Assembly: GCA_964016885.1 (NCBI GenBank)
Contig: OZ024747.1
Location: 60,388,001 to 60,452,000 of the forward strand
Length of the DNA stretch: 64,000 nt
From: Eledone cirrhosa
Taxonomy: Eukaryota
Reading direction: 5' to 3'
The notes under the pieces were generated by a model, which saw only the letters and a program-made list of their open reading frames with translations, had not been told where the DNA came from and made no database searches. The position numbers were made by a program, and so were the translations under genes. Each line of letters begins with the position of its first letter. The first letter of the stretch is position 1. Below are positions 40,350 to 53,791 of this stretch, one piece after another.

Positions 40350-40387
<38 letters not shown>

Positions 40388-40388
40388 A

Positions 40389-40424
<36 letters not shown>

Positions 40425-40510
40425 CAAAGAGATATTTAATTTTGGTACCCTTGAAATATATATAATAAAATAAATATGGTTTTATAAATATAGTTTCCAT
40501 TTATTAATAT
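39831..40510. mobile_element. Element with ~70-bp terminal inverted repeats inside (TA)n, possible decayed Penelope-like inverted LTRs
   Basis: 39831-39900 is the reverse complement of ~40445-40510. A CTGATGA...CGAAA motif lies on the minus strand at 39888-39929. Confidence 0.5.
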
Positions 40511-40513
40511 CAT

Positions 40514-40560
<47 letters not shown>

Positions 40561-40749
40561 CATAGATATATATATATGGACCTGTAATTCCTGAGAGTGT
40601 CTTAAGAGTGCCACATTGATATACTGTGTTTCTAGGGTACTTTAAACCTGGCAGAGCCCCCTTCCTTTCCAGGTTCTGAATCTAACACATTTCGGTCAGG
40701 AGCGATAGAGAGAGTGAGAGAATGAAACTCAGAAAGAGATATAGAGGCA

Positions 40750-40910
40750 GAATCGACCCCAGTACTTGACTGGTGCTCTTTTTATTGACCTCAAATGGAC
40801 GAATGGCAAAGTTGACCTCGGCGGCATTTGAACTCAGGGAGCAGAGAGCTGAAACAAATACCGCATAGCATTCTATCTGATGTTCTATAGATTATGTCAA
40901 ATCACCGCCT
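40750..40910 (-). mobile_element. Diverged family A-related SINE
   Basis: Reverse complement contains GAGTTCAAATGCCGCCGAGGTCAACTTTGCC. Confidence 0.7.
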
Positions 40911-40989
40911 CATATATATTTTTAGCTTCAACAAAGCTGTGTAGTCTAAGCAGAAACATATTTAATTATTAATTTGTTTCTACAAGCCA

Positions 40990-41297
40990 TCAACACCACC
41001 TCTTCCTCTGTAAAGTTATATTGGTACCACAACACCCAGTCCTAAATGAAGGTCGTGTAGGTGTCACGACAAAAAAACCCACAGTCCACGCTGTAATGTG
41101 GCCGTGTAGGTAACACGGTAAAAACCTCCCAGTCCACACTGTAAACGTGGTTGGTGTTAGGAAGGGCATCCAGCCGTAGAAAACCTGCCAGACAGTCCTA
41201 TACGAGCAAGACGACCAATCTTGCCTCAAGTGGGTCAATTCCCATCTAAATCCATGCTAGCATGGAAGATAGATGTTAAACGATGATGATGATGATG
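40990..41297 (+). mobile_element. Family C element
   Basis: GGTTGGTGTTAGGAAGGGCATCC and a (GAT)n tail. Confidence 0.85.
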
Positions 41298-41380
41298 AAG
41301 CACAAAGAAGATGTCTAAATACAGAAAAATATGCAAGATACACACACAAACATATATACACATTTATATAGACACAGAGC

Positions 41381-41435
<55 letters not shown>

Positions 41436-41495
41436 CTACTTATCTGATATATGCATAGTTTTATTGTTCTACAATATTACTCACCTTCTATATAT

Positions 41496-41532
<37 letters not shown>

Positions 41533-41680
41533 CATCCTTATGTGTGATAACGGCTGAGAGAAAAGAGTACTGAATACCGAAGCTGAATAGTGAGACTTGT
41601 TACTCTGAAGTTTCGCCTGTTTATCATAGAGGGGAAACTCCACAGTAACAATACCCACTATTCAGCCTTAATAAAATGTA

Positions 41681-41717
<37 letters not shown>

Positions 41718-41959
41718 TCAGTTCATGATTGGATGGGTCATCACAGACCAAATCAACTCTCACTAAAACGCACTATCCTCAGAGATAAGCCAGAAGCTAT
41801 ATCTCGCTTACATTTGTCCCTACACTTTTTACAGTAAACTAGGTTCATTTCATCAAAGCACCAGATCTAGGGAGATTATAGTGTCCTTAACAGCAACAAA
41901 GAGTTCTCTCAACTGTATGGATGGTAGGATTTCCATAGTCTTATAGACTTGGTAACTGA

Positions 41960-42550
41960 TTGGAAAAGATACTTAAACAGTTATGAGATGAACTAACAAA
42001 TTATAGTTTATCTGCAAAAGCAGTAATCCAGTAATGCGCCAGCTTCAATAATCAGAAGGGAGGTAGGTGTAAAAGTCAAACTCGCTGTCTTCACTTCAGT
42101 TTTCATGCCAACCTTTACCTATGGTTATGAATCTTGGGTAATGACCAAAAGAATACGATCACAAATACAAGTGGTTGAAATGGGGTTCCTCCGAAGGGTC
42201 TTTGGAATAATGTTACTCAATAAAGTGCTTAGCTCAGAGATCAGAGAATCACTCCAAGTAGAGCTGCTGCTGCTTTTCCAAATTGAGAGATCACAACTCT
42301 GAAACTATGGGCCTGTGGCTAGAATGTCTCAGGAAAGAAATCCCTGGACAGATTTTACGGTAGAAACCAACAGGTAGGAGACCCAGGGAGTAGAACCCAA
42401 ACAAAATGGTTGGATAACATCCATGAGCTTGACTGATCACGCTTGGGGATACAGCCGTAGCAGTTGGAGAAGGTTGCGTCTGACAGGACCCAATGGAAGG
42501 AGTGTTTGAGGGCTCAGCCCCCCATGACCCACTCAGGGATAAATGGTATC
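41960..42550 (+). mobile_element. Degenerate RTE-clade (Expander/Rex3-like) LINE 3' fragment
   Basis: PTFTYGYESWVMTKRIRSQIQVVEMGFLRRV, followed by IERSQL and a frameshifted GRRPRG-RTKW-like segment. Confidence 0.8.
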
Positions 42551-42944
42551 TATTTCATCTTAGTATCTATTTTACACACACACAAGGCCAACGATGAAAG
42601 AGAATTAGCTGCTGTTACACACAAAAACACACACACATATACATAAGAGAAAGTGACACATACAGGAGGAAGAAGTTCTTTAGATATACACATATGTACA
42701 ACAAATTGAATATATCAACTTATATCAATTATTATTTAATTAACCAATTTCATTAAAGGTCAAATTATCATTTAAACCTATCAAGTTGTTTATAGAACAC
42801 TTCTTGAAATAGCAATGATGATATTCAATTATCCTAGATTATACTTCTACTTTATTATTATTATTGTTGTTGTTGTTTTGTCATGGCCTAACTTACAAAC
42901 AATTATTATTATTGTTATTATTAACAATTATAAATATTATTATT

Positions 42945-43815
42945 GCTGGCAGTATCGGTAGAGGGTCGGGCACCATGCTTTCCAGCATAGTTACGTCCCT
43001 TTACGATCTGAGTTCAAATCCCGCCGAGGTTGACTTTGCCTTTCATCCTTACGGGGGTCGATAAAATAAAGTACCAGTAATGTACTGGGTTATTTGCTGG
43101 CCTTGTGCCAAAAGTAGAAACAATTATTATTGCTATTATAGTGGAGGCACATGGCTTAGTGGTTAGAGCAATCGAAAGGTTGTGATTTCAATTCTCAGAC
43201 CGGCCGATGTGTTGTTTCCTTGAGCAAGACACTTTATTTCACATTGCTCCAGTTTACTCAGCTGTATAAATGAGATGATAGGGACCGGGGTCCCTATCAT
43301 TCCACTGTAAAGTGGTCGTGTAGGTGCCACGGAAAAAAAGCACCCAGCACTCAGTGTAAATGAGGTTGGTGTTAGGAAGGGCATCCAGCTGTAGAAATCA
43401 AGCCAGACTCCGTTCCCGTCCCACCCTTGCAAGCAGGGAAAAGTGGACGTAAAATGATGATGATGATGATTGTAGTTCAAATCCCGCTGAGGTTAACTTT
43501 TCCTTTCATCCTTACAGGATCGATAAAATAAAGTACCAGTAATATACTGGGATAATTTCTGGCCTTGTACCAAAAGTAGAAACAATTATTACTATTACGG
43601 TGGATTGGCAGAATCGGTAGAGCGTTGGACACCTTGCTTCGCGACATAGTTACATTTCTTTATGTTCTGAGTTCAAATCCTGCCAAGGTTAGCTTTGCCT
43701 TTCATCCTTACAGGATCGATAAAATAAAGTACCAGTAATGTACTGGGCTCGATTTGATCGACTTCCCCCTCCCTCCAAAATTGTTGGCCTTGTGCCTAAA
43801 TCAGAAACCATTATT
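42945..43815 (+). mobile_element. SINE cluster: A (42945-43125), composite B (43143-43470), A fragment (43472-43588), A (43598-43812)
   Basis: Head-to-tail family A and B sequences. Confidence 0.88.
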
Positions 43816-43857
43816 ATTATTAATATTATAAAGGCTGATATAAAAAAGCACTGATTT

Positions 43858-43910
<53 letters not shown>

Positions 43911-44127
43911 TACTTTGGGAGGGTCATGCTGCCAATAGAAACACACGCACCTGTTGGTTTCCACTTCAATTTATTACAAATTTCCAGTTGGTTGTTTTAA
44001 TAACTGGACGGTTGTTTATTTGTTGTCAAAGCACTTTCATCACGCATTTTGTGAACTCCTAAGTAACTAATTTGAAAAACAAAAGCGAAATATATACATT
44101 TTCATATATATATATATATATATATAT

Positions 44128-44273
44128 ATTGGTGTTAGGAAGGGCATCCAGCTGTAGAAAACCTGCCAAACAACCCTATACACGAGCGAGACATGGTCAC
44201 CCAACCAATCTTGCCTCAAGTAGGAGAAATTCCCGTCTAAACCCATGCTACCGTGGAAGATAAACATTGATGA

Positions 44274-44275
<2 letters not shown>
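44128..44275 (+). mobile_element. 5'-truncated family C element
   Basis: TTGGTGTTAGGAAGGGCATCC...(TGA)n. Confidence 0.8.
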
Positions 44276-44329
<54 letters not shown>

Positions 44330-44331
<2 letters not shown>

Positions 44332-44940
44332 TGGCTGCCAACTCGTTTTCGAGTACGGCAACTACTTTATATCCATGTAGGAGAACCCCTACCGATGCGC
44401 TGAACGAGTGTGACTTTTTAGTCCAGCCAGCGACTTGAAAACTCTGGTACAAACACTACACTTGTGACAATTACTGACACATAGTGCTGGGCCCATGGTA
44501 CCATGTGACGACAAGTGCAGAGAGATCTCCAGATATAAAGCAATGCCTGTGCCGTGAAGCTTTTATAGTGAGCAAAGGCACTGCACAAAGCCAGTCCCAC
44601 TCTCTTAACCAAGATGATATTTACCAAAAAGAAGAACAAGTCAACATCATTGGATACCATCAGGGTTGCAGGTGTTATATCAGAGTTTTCCTTCTCCTAG
44701 AATTCTGCCTTGACAAAGGCTAAGGGGTCATCTCTCCCGGTGATTTTGGATGGCCATTGACTCTTAAGAGCTCCTTTGCCCTTTGACAGGTTTTGTTTTT
44801 AGTCCTGCAGGATGTCCAAAGTCACCCTCCTCACCAAGAAACCTTGGTGGGGTTGCCAGTTTAGTCGCCAACGACCCGACCATGGGACAGGTTGTACTGG
44901 GATACATGTTACCAGTAGCACCAACTGGTGCTACTGGTAT
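44330..44940 (-). mobile_element. Probable RTE/RTE-X-related non-coding fragment inserted in (TA)n
   Basis: GC-richer block between microsatellites. Reverse complement CTAGGAGAAGGAAAACTCTGA resembles RTE-X-type UTR motifs (from recall, not aligned). Confidence 0.4.
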
Positions 44941-45047
44941 ACATACATATACATATTTATGTATATGTATGTATACATACATATACATATTTATGCAGAG
45001 AAAAAGAATTATGTATGTTTTTGGTTAAAGGTAGTTCGCATAATTAA

Positions 45048-45254
45048 CCCATTAGCATTTAAACTGGTTGTATCCAACCACAATTCTCTCACCTCTTTCT
45101 GTTCAAACTGGCCATAGCTGGCCACTCATACTGACGTCAAAATAATTAACATCAGAATCTCATAGATTCGATATTATGTGAAATAATTATGTGAGGTAAA
45201 GCCTTTACCGTGAAAATATAATAGTAAATATAGAGAAATGTAAATGCTAAAGGG
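45048..45254 (+). mobile_element. piggyBac-type MITE
   Basis: TTAA-CCCATTAGCATTTA ... TAAATGCTAAAGGG-TTAA. Confidence 0.85.
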
Positions 45255-45869
45255 TTAAAAAATATGAGCTAAGAGAAATAATTCAAAGGCGTTAATATCT
45301 TATATTTGAATTAATTAATGTGTGATGTACTGACTTCCATACATAATGAATTTTTAATTATCCTTTTCTTTACCATGTTTCTATTATAATACTATGTTTA
45401 TGTTATGATTAACATAATCAAAAATTGAGATATTGTATGAAATAACTGTTTTCTTTTATTAATCTGGTATTTGAAACATAAATTAATGTGAGGTTTTTTA
45501 TACACAATTATGATGGAAGGTCTTTAATTAAATATGAAAATGTTAACCCTTTTGATACCATGTTTTTAATGATAGACACTGCTTGTGATTTTCAATTGAT
45601 TTTGAAAATAATCAAGATAGTAGAGGAATATAGTAATATGACTAATATTACACCTGGGTCTCCTGACAGCTGGTTTTGCCTGTAAAATCTTTCCAGCGAT
45701 TCTTTCCTCTGACATTCTAACTACATGACCATAATATCAGAGTTATGATCTCTCAATTCTCAGCAGTAGGAGATGGTTGCTTCTGACAAGACCCACTGGG
45801 GGGACTACCCCAACAACCCTTTCAGGAATAAGTGGATGAACAAGAAGACTAATATTATGGTATCTGGAG

Positions 45870-46140
45870 TGAAGGTGTATGGTTTTGTGGTTAGGGTATT
45901 TGGCTTACAATTGTAAGGTTGTGAGTTTGATTCCTCACAGTGCGTTCTGTCCTTGAGCAAGACACTTTATTTTACGTTGCTCCAGTCCATTCAGCTGGCA
46001 AAAATGAGTTGTACCTGCAGAGAACTACATTTAGGGTACACGTGTCTGTGGAATGCTCAGCCACTTGCACGTTAATTTCATGAGTAGGCTGTTCTGTTGA
46101 TCAAATCAACTGGAACACTCGTCGTTACCAACAGAGTACC
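45870..46140 (+). mobile_element. SINE family B variant nested in the second MITE family
   Basis: Head GAAGGTGTATGGTTTTGTGGTTAGGG and CCTTGAGCAAGACAC. The 3' part is shared with 48265-48545 and 53965-54270. Confidence 0.78.
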
Positions 46141-46399
46141 AGTTATCAGTTATTGCCATTTGGAATATAACTTAACAAAGGTTTATCCATGAAATTATAT
46201 GTTTGAGCTAAATATAAACATTTAAAAACAGCTTTGTATTGCAAGCCAGAAGTGGCTTTAGACAGGCTAGTATTATAAGTTAAGCTCATATCCTCAATTA
46301 TTATAGACTTTGTATTTTCTTCTATTTATTTAGCTTCATATCTCAGCTTTTGCTGCATAATATTGTTCTGTCTTATATCTAGAATATTCCATCTTGGTT

Positions 46400-46960
46400 T
46401 CACAATCATGTTTCACTACTAATAGGGGTTCTTTTATTGAGAAGGTGTATGTTTCAATTAATCATAGAAGGCTTTTATAATTCATCTTCTTCTTGGTAAT
46501 CCTTCTTCCATTATTATATGTCCAGATATGTCAATCTTGAACATGTCGACGTTTATGGCCAAATAATATAAATGTTGCTTATTTTTCTCATTTGTAACAT
46601 CTTGCAACATCCAATTGATTATCATAGGCTACAGTAGGTTATTCTAGGTTATTGTAGGTTACTGCTGGGAATGTCAAGATATTGGTTACTTCTAGATTAT
46701 TTTTTATACCTTAGCACTCTCATTAATATTGCTGTAAGGCAACCTATTTCTTTTTTTCAGTTCATGTCTTGCATCTTGCCGTGTTTCATCTGATCTTCTT
46801 TTTATCTAATATAATCGGTTGCTTTACCTGTCTCTAGTTCCGCCATTCACAGTGTGATTCCATTTGGCATAGTTGTCAAGAACAAACTCCATAGAGATAT
46901 CAGTTACATAACTTAACAGTTTTAGAAAATATTGCCACTCTATTTCTGTAAACTTCCATA
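46400..46960 (-). mobile_element. Decayed R4/Dong-like non-LTR RT fragment
   Basis: Minus-strand translation gives DISMEFVLDNYAK and NNLEVTNILTFPAVTY, resembling the DI(G/R)MEFGLDKCAK and NK..AIN.LAIPV.TY motifs of R4/Dong RTs. Many stops. Confidence 0.5.
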
Positions 46961-47379
46961 CTGTTTAAAACCATGTATATACAAAATAAATATTGTTATA
47001 TTTGGGGAGGGCCATGTTGTCCTGATAAAGCCAAAAATAGTAAAACACATTCATTGTTTGGTTTGGTTTCACTTCAATTTCAGTATATATTTTTTATATT
47101 TCAATAAATAATTTAGCTGGCAATCAATGTTTATCATTGATTGACCAATAGTTAAAAATATAAATATAAATATAATTTCTCAAATAGAAAATAAATTAAT
47201 TATATGTCCTTGGAGCAAAGTACGGGATGGCCAACTCTGGCCAGACTTGTCTCCCAGCCTGGATGACCTGTCTAACCCATGCAAGCCTGTAAAAATGGAC
47301 GTTAAATGGTGATGAGGGTGATAACACACTATAGAACACTCATGGTCAATGAGGGAATTATTACATGAGTAGTTTGACT

Positions 47380-47700
47380 TTGTGAAGATACATGGTTTTG
47401 TGATTTGGGTTCAGCTCACAATTGTTGTGAATTCAATTCCTAGATTTAGCAATTACTTATGTCCTTCAGCAAAAAACTTTCTTTCACAATGTTTCTGTTC
47501 ATTCAGCTGGGAAAAATGAGTTGCAATATAACTGGTACCAAGTTGTATGACATTTTGACATTCCTTTAGACAGCAATGGTGGTATGGAGAAAAGAGACTG
47601 GTATGCATGGGCGACTGCTGGTCTTCAACAAAACACATAACCAAGCCATATGCCTTAGGGAGGAACTTTTCTGGTGTAAACTCATGGTCAGTAATCACTG
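47380..47700 (+). mobile_element. Degenerate SINE family B variant
   Basis: Similar to 37326-37670. Confidence 0.65.
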
Positions 47701-48264
47701 AAGAGGGAGGGAGGGGGGGGGGCTTATATATATAGTTAGACTAACTTTTCTGTGATTTTGCCTTACAATTGTTATACCATTTAAAAACTTTAGCTTTCAT
47801 GAATCTAACATATTTTGATAATGATAATAGGATACCTTGACATATGTTTTTCAATCTCTTTGTTTTGAGTTAAAATCCCACTGTAGCCATTCAGTTTTCT
47901 TGGAAGAAACTGGAGCCCTTCCATGTGCAGAGGAGTGGTTAACCATGGACAGGTAACATTAGAGCAGCGATTCTCAACGTAGGGTGTACACTTTGCTAGT
48001 GTGGCTTTAAAATATTTTAGAAATTGGTGATTATGTTGGTTTATAAAAATAAACTCGTTTTGTTGGTGTAAAAAATGTGATTTGGCCACACTACATGATA
48101 AAGAAACTGGCTGGAAATTACAGAATGTAGAGATTTAAGGTAGAAACTTGATAAATAGTCCCTTGAATCCAGAAATATATGCAGTCAACATTAGGGGTTA
48201 CGTTCCCACAGAATTAATGACAGTTATTGAATGGTCAATGTGTGTTTGAGGTGGTCAACATTAA

Positions 48265-48545
48265 CTGGTACTTCATCAATTATGACAATGAGTGTTCCAG
48301 TTAAACTAATCAACAGGACAGCCTACTTGTGAAATTAATGTGAAAGTGCCTGAGCATTCCACAGACATACGTACCCTTAATATAGTTCTCAGGGAGATTC
48401 AGCATGACATAGAATGTGACAAATTACAAGTGCAGCTCATTTGTTGACAGCTGAGTAGACTGGAGCAACATGAAATAAAATGTCTTGTTCAAGGGCACAA
48501 TGCGCCACCAGGAATCAAAATCATGACCTTGCAATTGTGAGCGGA
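48265..48545 (-). mobile_element. SINE family B variant
   Basis: Reverse complement is similar to 45870-46140. Confidence 0.72.
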
Positions 48546-48573
48546 TGACATTAATATGAACATAAGTACATAA

Positions 48574-48792
48574 GGGTTGTGGATTGGCAGTATCGGTAGA
48601 GGGTTGGGTGCCATGCTTTGCAGCACAGAGTTATGGCCACCACGCTTTGCAGCACAGAGTTACATCCCTTTACGGTCTGAGTTCAAATCCACCGAGTTTA
48701 ACTTTGCCTTTCATCCTTACGGGGTTGATAAAATAAAGTACCGGCAATGCACTGGGATAATTGCTGGCCTTGTACCAAAAGTAGAAACAATT
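48574..48792 (+). mobile_element. SINE family A with internal ~29-bp duplication
   Basis: GCTTTGCAGCACAGAGTTA occurs twice, and both flanks share ACATAAGTAC. Confidence 0.85.
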
Positions 48793-49344
48793 AATACGTA
48801 CATAAGTACCATATTTGAAAAAAATATGCATTGGTGTCAATATGATCCCCAACAATCCTGGTGGTGTTCCAGTATGGCTGTAGTCTAATGACTGAAACCA
48901 GTACAAGAGTGTGATGGTAGTAATATTTGGCTGCTATTTTTAGCATGTTCATCAAGGACCACATAGAGGGTCCCTTTCCTCAGTATTATTCTGTTATTTC
49001 CAGAACTGTAATGTAGGTCGTTGTAGATAATCCATGGTTTTAAAAAAATCTCTCTTGATTGGATTGATTGAAATAAAAGGCAACAGCAAGAAGAAGAAGA
49101 GGAAGAAGAAGAAGTATCATCATCATCATCAAAAACAAAGAATAAAGATTGTTCTGGAAAACAAGTGGTTTCGTTCATTCAATGGTTTTTATATTTGAGT
49201 GACATGTCTAACTAAGAGCTGTAGCTGTATATATGTATGTATGTATGTATGTATGTGTGTGTGTGTATGTATGTGTGTGTGTGTGTGTGATTCTTACTAA
49301 AGAAGCTTATTGAATTCCTTACAAGAAATGATAGTGTAAGACTG

Positions 49345-50350
49345 AGCTGGTGGTGGTGGTTGTGGTAGTGTATAGACAGAAGTGGTGGTGGTGGTGTATG
49401 GACAGAAGTGGTGGTGGTGTTGGTGGTGTATAGACAGAAGTGGTGGTGGTGATGGTGGTGTATAGACAGAAGTGGTGGTGGTGGTGGTGTATAGACAGAA
49501 GTAGTGGTGGTGATGGTGGTGTATAGACTGAAGTGAGAAGTGGTGGTGGTGTATAGACAGAAGTAGTGGTGTATAGACAGAAGTGGTGGTGGTGATGGTG
49601 GTGTATAGATAGAAGTGGTGGTGGTGGTGGTGGTGTATAGATAGAAGTGGTGGTAGTGGTGTATAGATAGAAGTGGTGGTGGTGGTGGTGTATAGATAGA
49701 AGTGGTGGTGGTGGTGTATAGACAGAAGTAGTGGTGTATAGACAGAAGTGGTGGTGGTGATGGTGGTGTATAGATAGAAGTGGTGGTGATGGTGGTGTAT
49801 AGACTGAAGTGAGAAGTGGTGGTGGTGGTGGTGTATAGACAGAAGTAGTGGTGTATAGACAGAAGTGGTGGTGGTGATGGTGGTGTATAGATAGAAGTGG
49901 TGGTGATGGTGGTGTATAGACTGAAGTGAGAAGTGGTGGTGGTGGTGGTGTATAGACAGAAGTAGTGGTGTATAGACAGAAGTGGTGGTGGTGATGGTGG
50001 TGTATAGATAGAAGTGGTGGTGGTGGTGGTGTATAGATAGAAGTGGTGGTGGTGGTGTATAGATAGAAGTGGTGGTGGTGGAAGCGGTCATGTATAGACA
50101 GAGGTGGTGGTAGTGGTGGTGGTGTTTGTGGTGCCTAGACAGAAGTGATGGTGGGGGTGATCATGTATAGATAGAGGTGGTAGTGGTGGTGGTGGTCATC
50201 ATTGTGGTGTATAGAGAGAAGTGGTGGTGGTGATAGTGGTGGTGTATAGACAGAGGTTGGGGTAGGAGGTGGTGGTGGTCTTAGTGGTGATGTTATTAGT
50301 GATCTGGATGGTGTATTGGTGGTGGTGGTGATAATGGCTGTATATAGACA
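49345..50350 (+). repeat. GTATAGACAGAAGT-anchored (GGT)n variable-unit array
   Basis: Constant 14-nt anchor with variable GGT spacers and a ~120-bp higher-order repeat. Confidence 0.92.
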
Positions 50351-50946
50351 GAGATGGTGGTGATGGTGTTATTGGTCTTGGTGATGTGGTGGTGGTGTTG
50401 GAGTGTGTAGATGTAGGTGGGACATTGGTGGTGGTGGTGGTTGTGGTGGTTGTAGAAGTGTCATACAGCTATGTCTTTTCTAGTTATCTCCCATTCATTT
50501 TTCTTGCTTGCTTCCTCTCTCTCTCTGTATCCCCCCCTTCTCTAATGTCTCTCTCTCCCCCCTCTCTATGTATCTCTCTCGCTCTCTTGCTCTCTCTCTC
50601 TCTATGTATTTCTCTCTCTGCCCCTCCCCTGTCTGACCTTGTAATGGCCATTTCATTTTTTTTTCACAATTTTTGCTTAGTTAATTATATCAATTGACTT
50701 TAGTTTCTCTTTCTCTCACTCTCTCTGCTTTATTCACTATCTCTCCCCATCTCTCTATTTCACTGCCCCCCCCCCCCTTCTCTTTAAATATCTCAAACTG
50801 ATCTTCTTAATGGATATATTGATCTTAGAGCCATTACAGTGTACAGTAATGTAGAAAATTATAACATTGCACAGTATTGTGTAATATTGTACAGTATTGC
50901 ATAATATTATACATCATCATCATTTTACGTCCACTCTTCCCTGCTT

Positions 50947-53440
50947 TGTACAATACTGTATAATATTATACAGTATTATAAAGTTATTGTACAATACTGT
51001 ATAATATTATACAGTATTATAAAGTTATTGTACAATACTGTATAATATTGTACAGTATTATAAAGTTATTGTACAATACTGTATAATATTGTACAATATT
51101 ATAAAGTTATTGTACAATACTGTATAATATTGTACAGTATTATAAAGTTATTGTACAATACTGTATAATATTATACAGTATTATAAAGTTATTGTACAAT
51201 ACTGTATAATATTGTACAATATTATAAAGTTATTGTACAATACTGTATAATATTATACAGTATTATAAAGTTATTGTACAATACTGTATAATATTGTACA
51301 ATATTATAAAGTTATTGTACAATACTGTATAATATTGTACAATATTATAAAGTTATTGTACAATACTGTATAATATTGTACAGTATTATAAAGTTATTGT
51401 ACAATACTGTATAATATTGTACAATATTATAAAGTTATTGTACAATACTGTATAATATTGTACAGTATTATAAAGTTATTGTACAATACTGTATAATATT
51501 GTACAGTATTATAAAGTTATTGTACAATACTGTATAATATTGTACAGTATTATAAAGTTATTGTACAATACTGTATAATATTATACAGTATTATAAAGTT
51601 ATTGTACAATACTGTATAATATTGTACAGTATTATAAAGTTATTGTACAATACTGTATAATATTGTACAGTATTATAAAGTTATTGTACAATACTGTATA
51701 ATATTGTACAGTAGTATAAAGTTATTGTACAATACTGTATAATATTATACAGTATTATAAAGTTATTGTACAATACTGTATAATATTATACAGTAGTATA
51801 AAGTTATTGTACAATACTGTATAATATTGTACAGTATTATAAAGTTATTGTACAATACTGTATAATATTGTACAATATTATAAAGTTATTGTACAATACT
51901 GTATAATATTGTACAGTATTATAAAGTTATTGTACAATACTGTATAATATTGTACAATATTATAAAGTTATTGTACAATACTGTATAATATTGTACAATA
52001 TTATAAAGTTATTGTACAATACTGTATAATATTGTACAGTATTATAAAGTTATTGTACAATACTGTATAATATTGTACAGTATTATAAAGTTATTGTACA
52101 ATACTGTATAATATTGTACAGTATTATAAAGTTATTGTACAATACTGTATAATATTGTACAGTATTATAAAGTTATTGTACAATACTGTATAATATTGTA
52201 CAGTATTATAAAGTTATTGTACAATACTGTATAATATTGTACAGTATTATAAAGTTATTGTACAATACTGTATAATATTGTACAGTATTATAAAGTTATT
52301 GTACAATACTGTATAATATTGTACAGTATTATAAAGTTATTGTACAATACTGTATAATATTGTACAGTATTATAAAGTTATTGTACAATACTGTATAATA
52401 TTGTACAGTATTATAAAGTTATTGTACAATACTGTATAATATTGTACAGGATTATAAAGTTATTGTACAATACTGTATAATATTGTACAGTATTATAAAG
52501 TTATTGTACAATACTGTATAATATTGTACAGGATTATAAAGTTATTGTACAATACTGTATAATACTGTACAGTATTATAAAGTTATTGTACAATACTGTA
52601 TAATATTGTACAATATTATAAAGTTATTGTACAATACTGTATAATATTGTACAATATTATAAAGTTATTGTACAATACTGTATAATATTGTACAGTATTA
52701 TAAAGTTATTGTACAATACTGTATAATATTGTACAGTATTATAAAGTTATTGTACAATACTGTATAATATTGTACAGTATTATAAAGTTATTGTACAATA
52801 CTGTATAATATTGTACAGTATTATAAAGTTATTGTACAATACTGTATAATATTGTACAGTATTATAAAGTTATTGTACAATACTGTATAATATTGTACAG
52901 TATTATAAAGTTATTGTACAATACTGTATAATATTGTACAGTATTATAAAGTTATTGTACAATACTGTATAATATTGTACAGTATTATAAAGTTATTGTA
53001 CAATACTGTATAATATTGTACAGTATTATAAAGTTATTGTACAATACTGTATAATATTGTACAGTATTATAAAGTTATTGTACAATACTGTATAATATTG
53101 TACAGTATTATAAAGTTATTGTACAATACTGTATAATATTGTACAGTATTATAAAGTTATTGTACAATACTGTATAATATTGTACAGTATTATAAAGTTA
53201 TTGTACAATACTGTATAATATTGTACAGTATTATAAAGTTATTGTACAATACTGTATAATATTGTACAGTATTATAAAGTTATTGTACAATACTGTATAA
53301 TATTGTACAGGATTATAAAGTTATTGTACAATACTGTATAATATTGTACAGTATTATAAAGTTATTGTACAATACTGTATAATATTGTACAGGATTATAA
53401 AGTTATTGTACAATACTGTATAATATTGTACAGTATTATA
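50947..53440. repeat. AT-rich 41-bp satellite (~60 copies) with degenerate flanks (50835-50910, 53440-53960)
   Basis: Unit TATTATAAAGTTATTGTACAATACTGTATAATATTGTACAG with period 41 (52021 to 52062). Confidence 0.97.
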
Positions 53441-53791
53441 AAATATTGAACAATAACTTTATATTACTGTACAATAATGTACAATATTATAAAGTGTTGT
53501 ACAATATTTTATAATATTGTACATTATTATAAACTTAGTAGTGTATGGTATTGTACAGTATTGTATAATACTGTACAATATTATACAGTATTGTATAATA
53601 TTTTATAATATTGTACAGTATTATAAAGTTATTCTACAATATTGTATAATAGTTTACAGTAATGTAATGTTATTGTACAGTATTGTATAATATTTTATAA
53701 TATTGTACCATATTATACAGTATTGTACAGTATTGTGTAATATTTTATAATATTGTACCATATTATAAAGATATTGTACAGTATTGTACAA

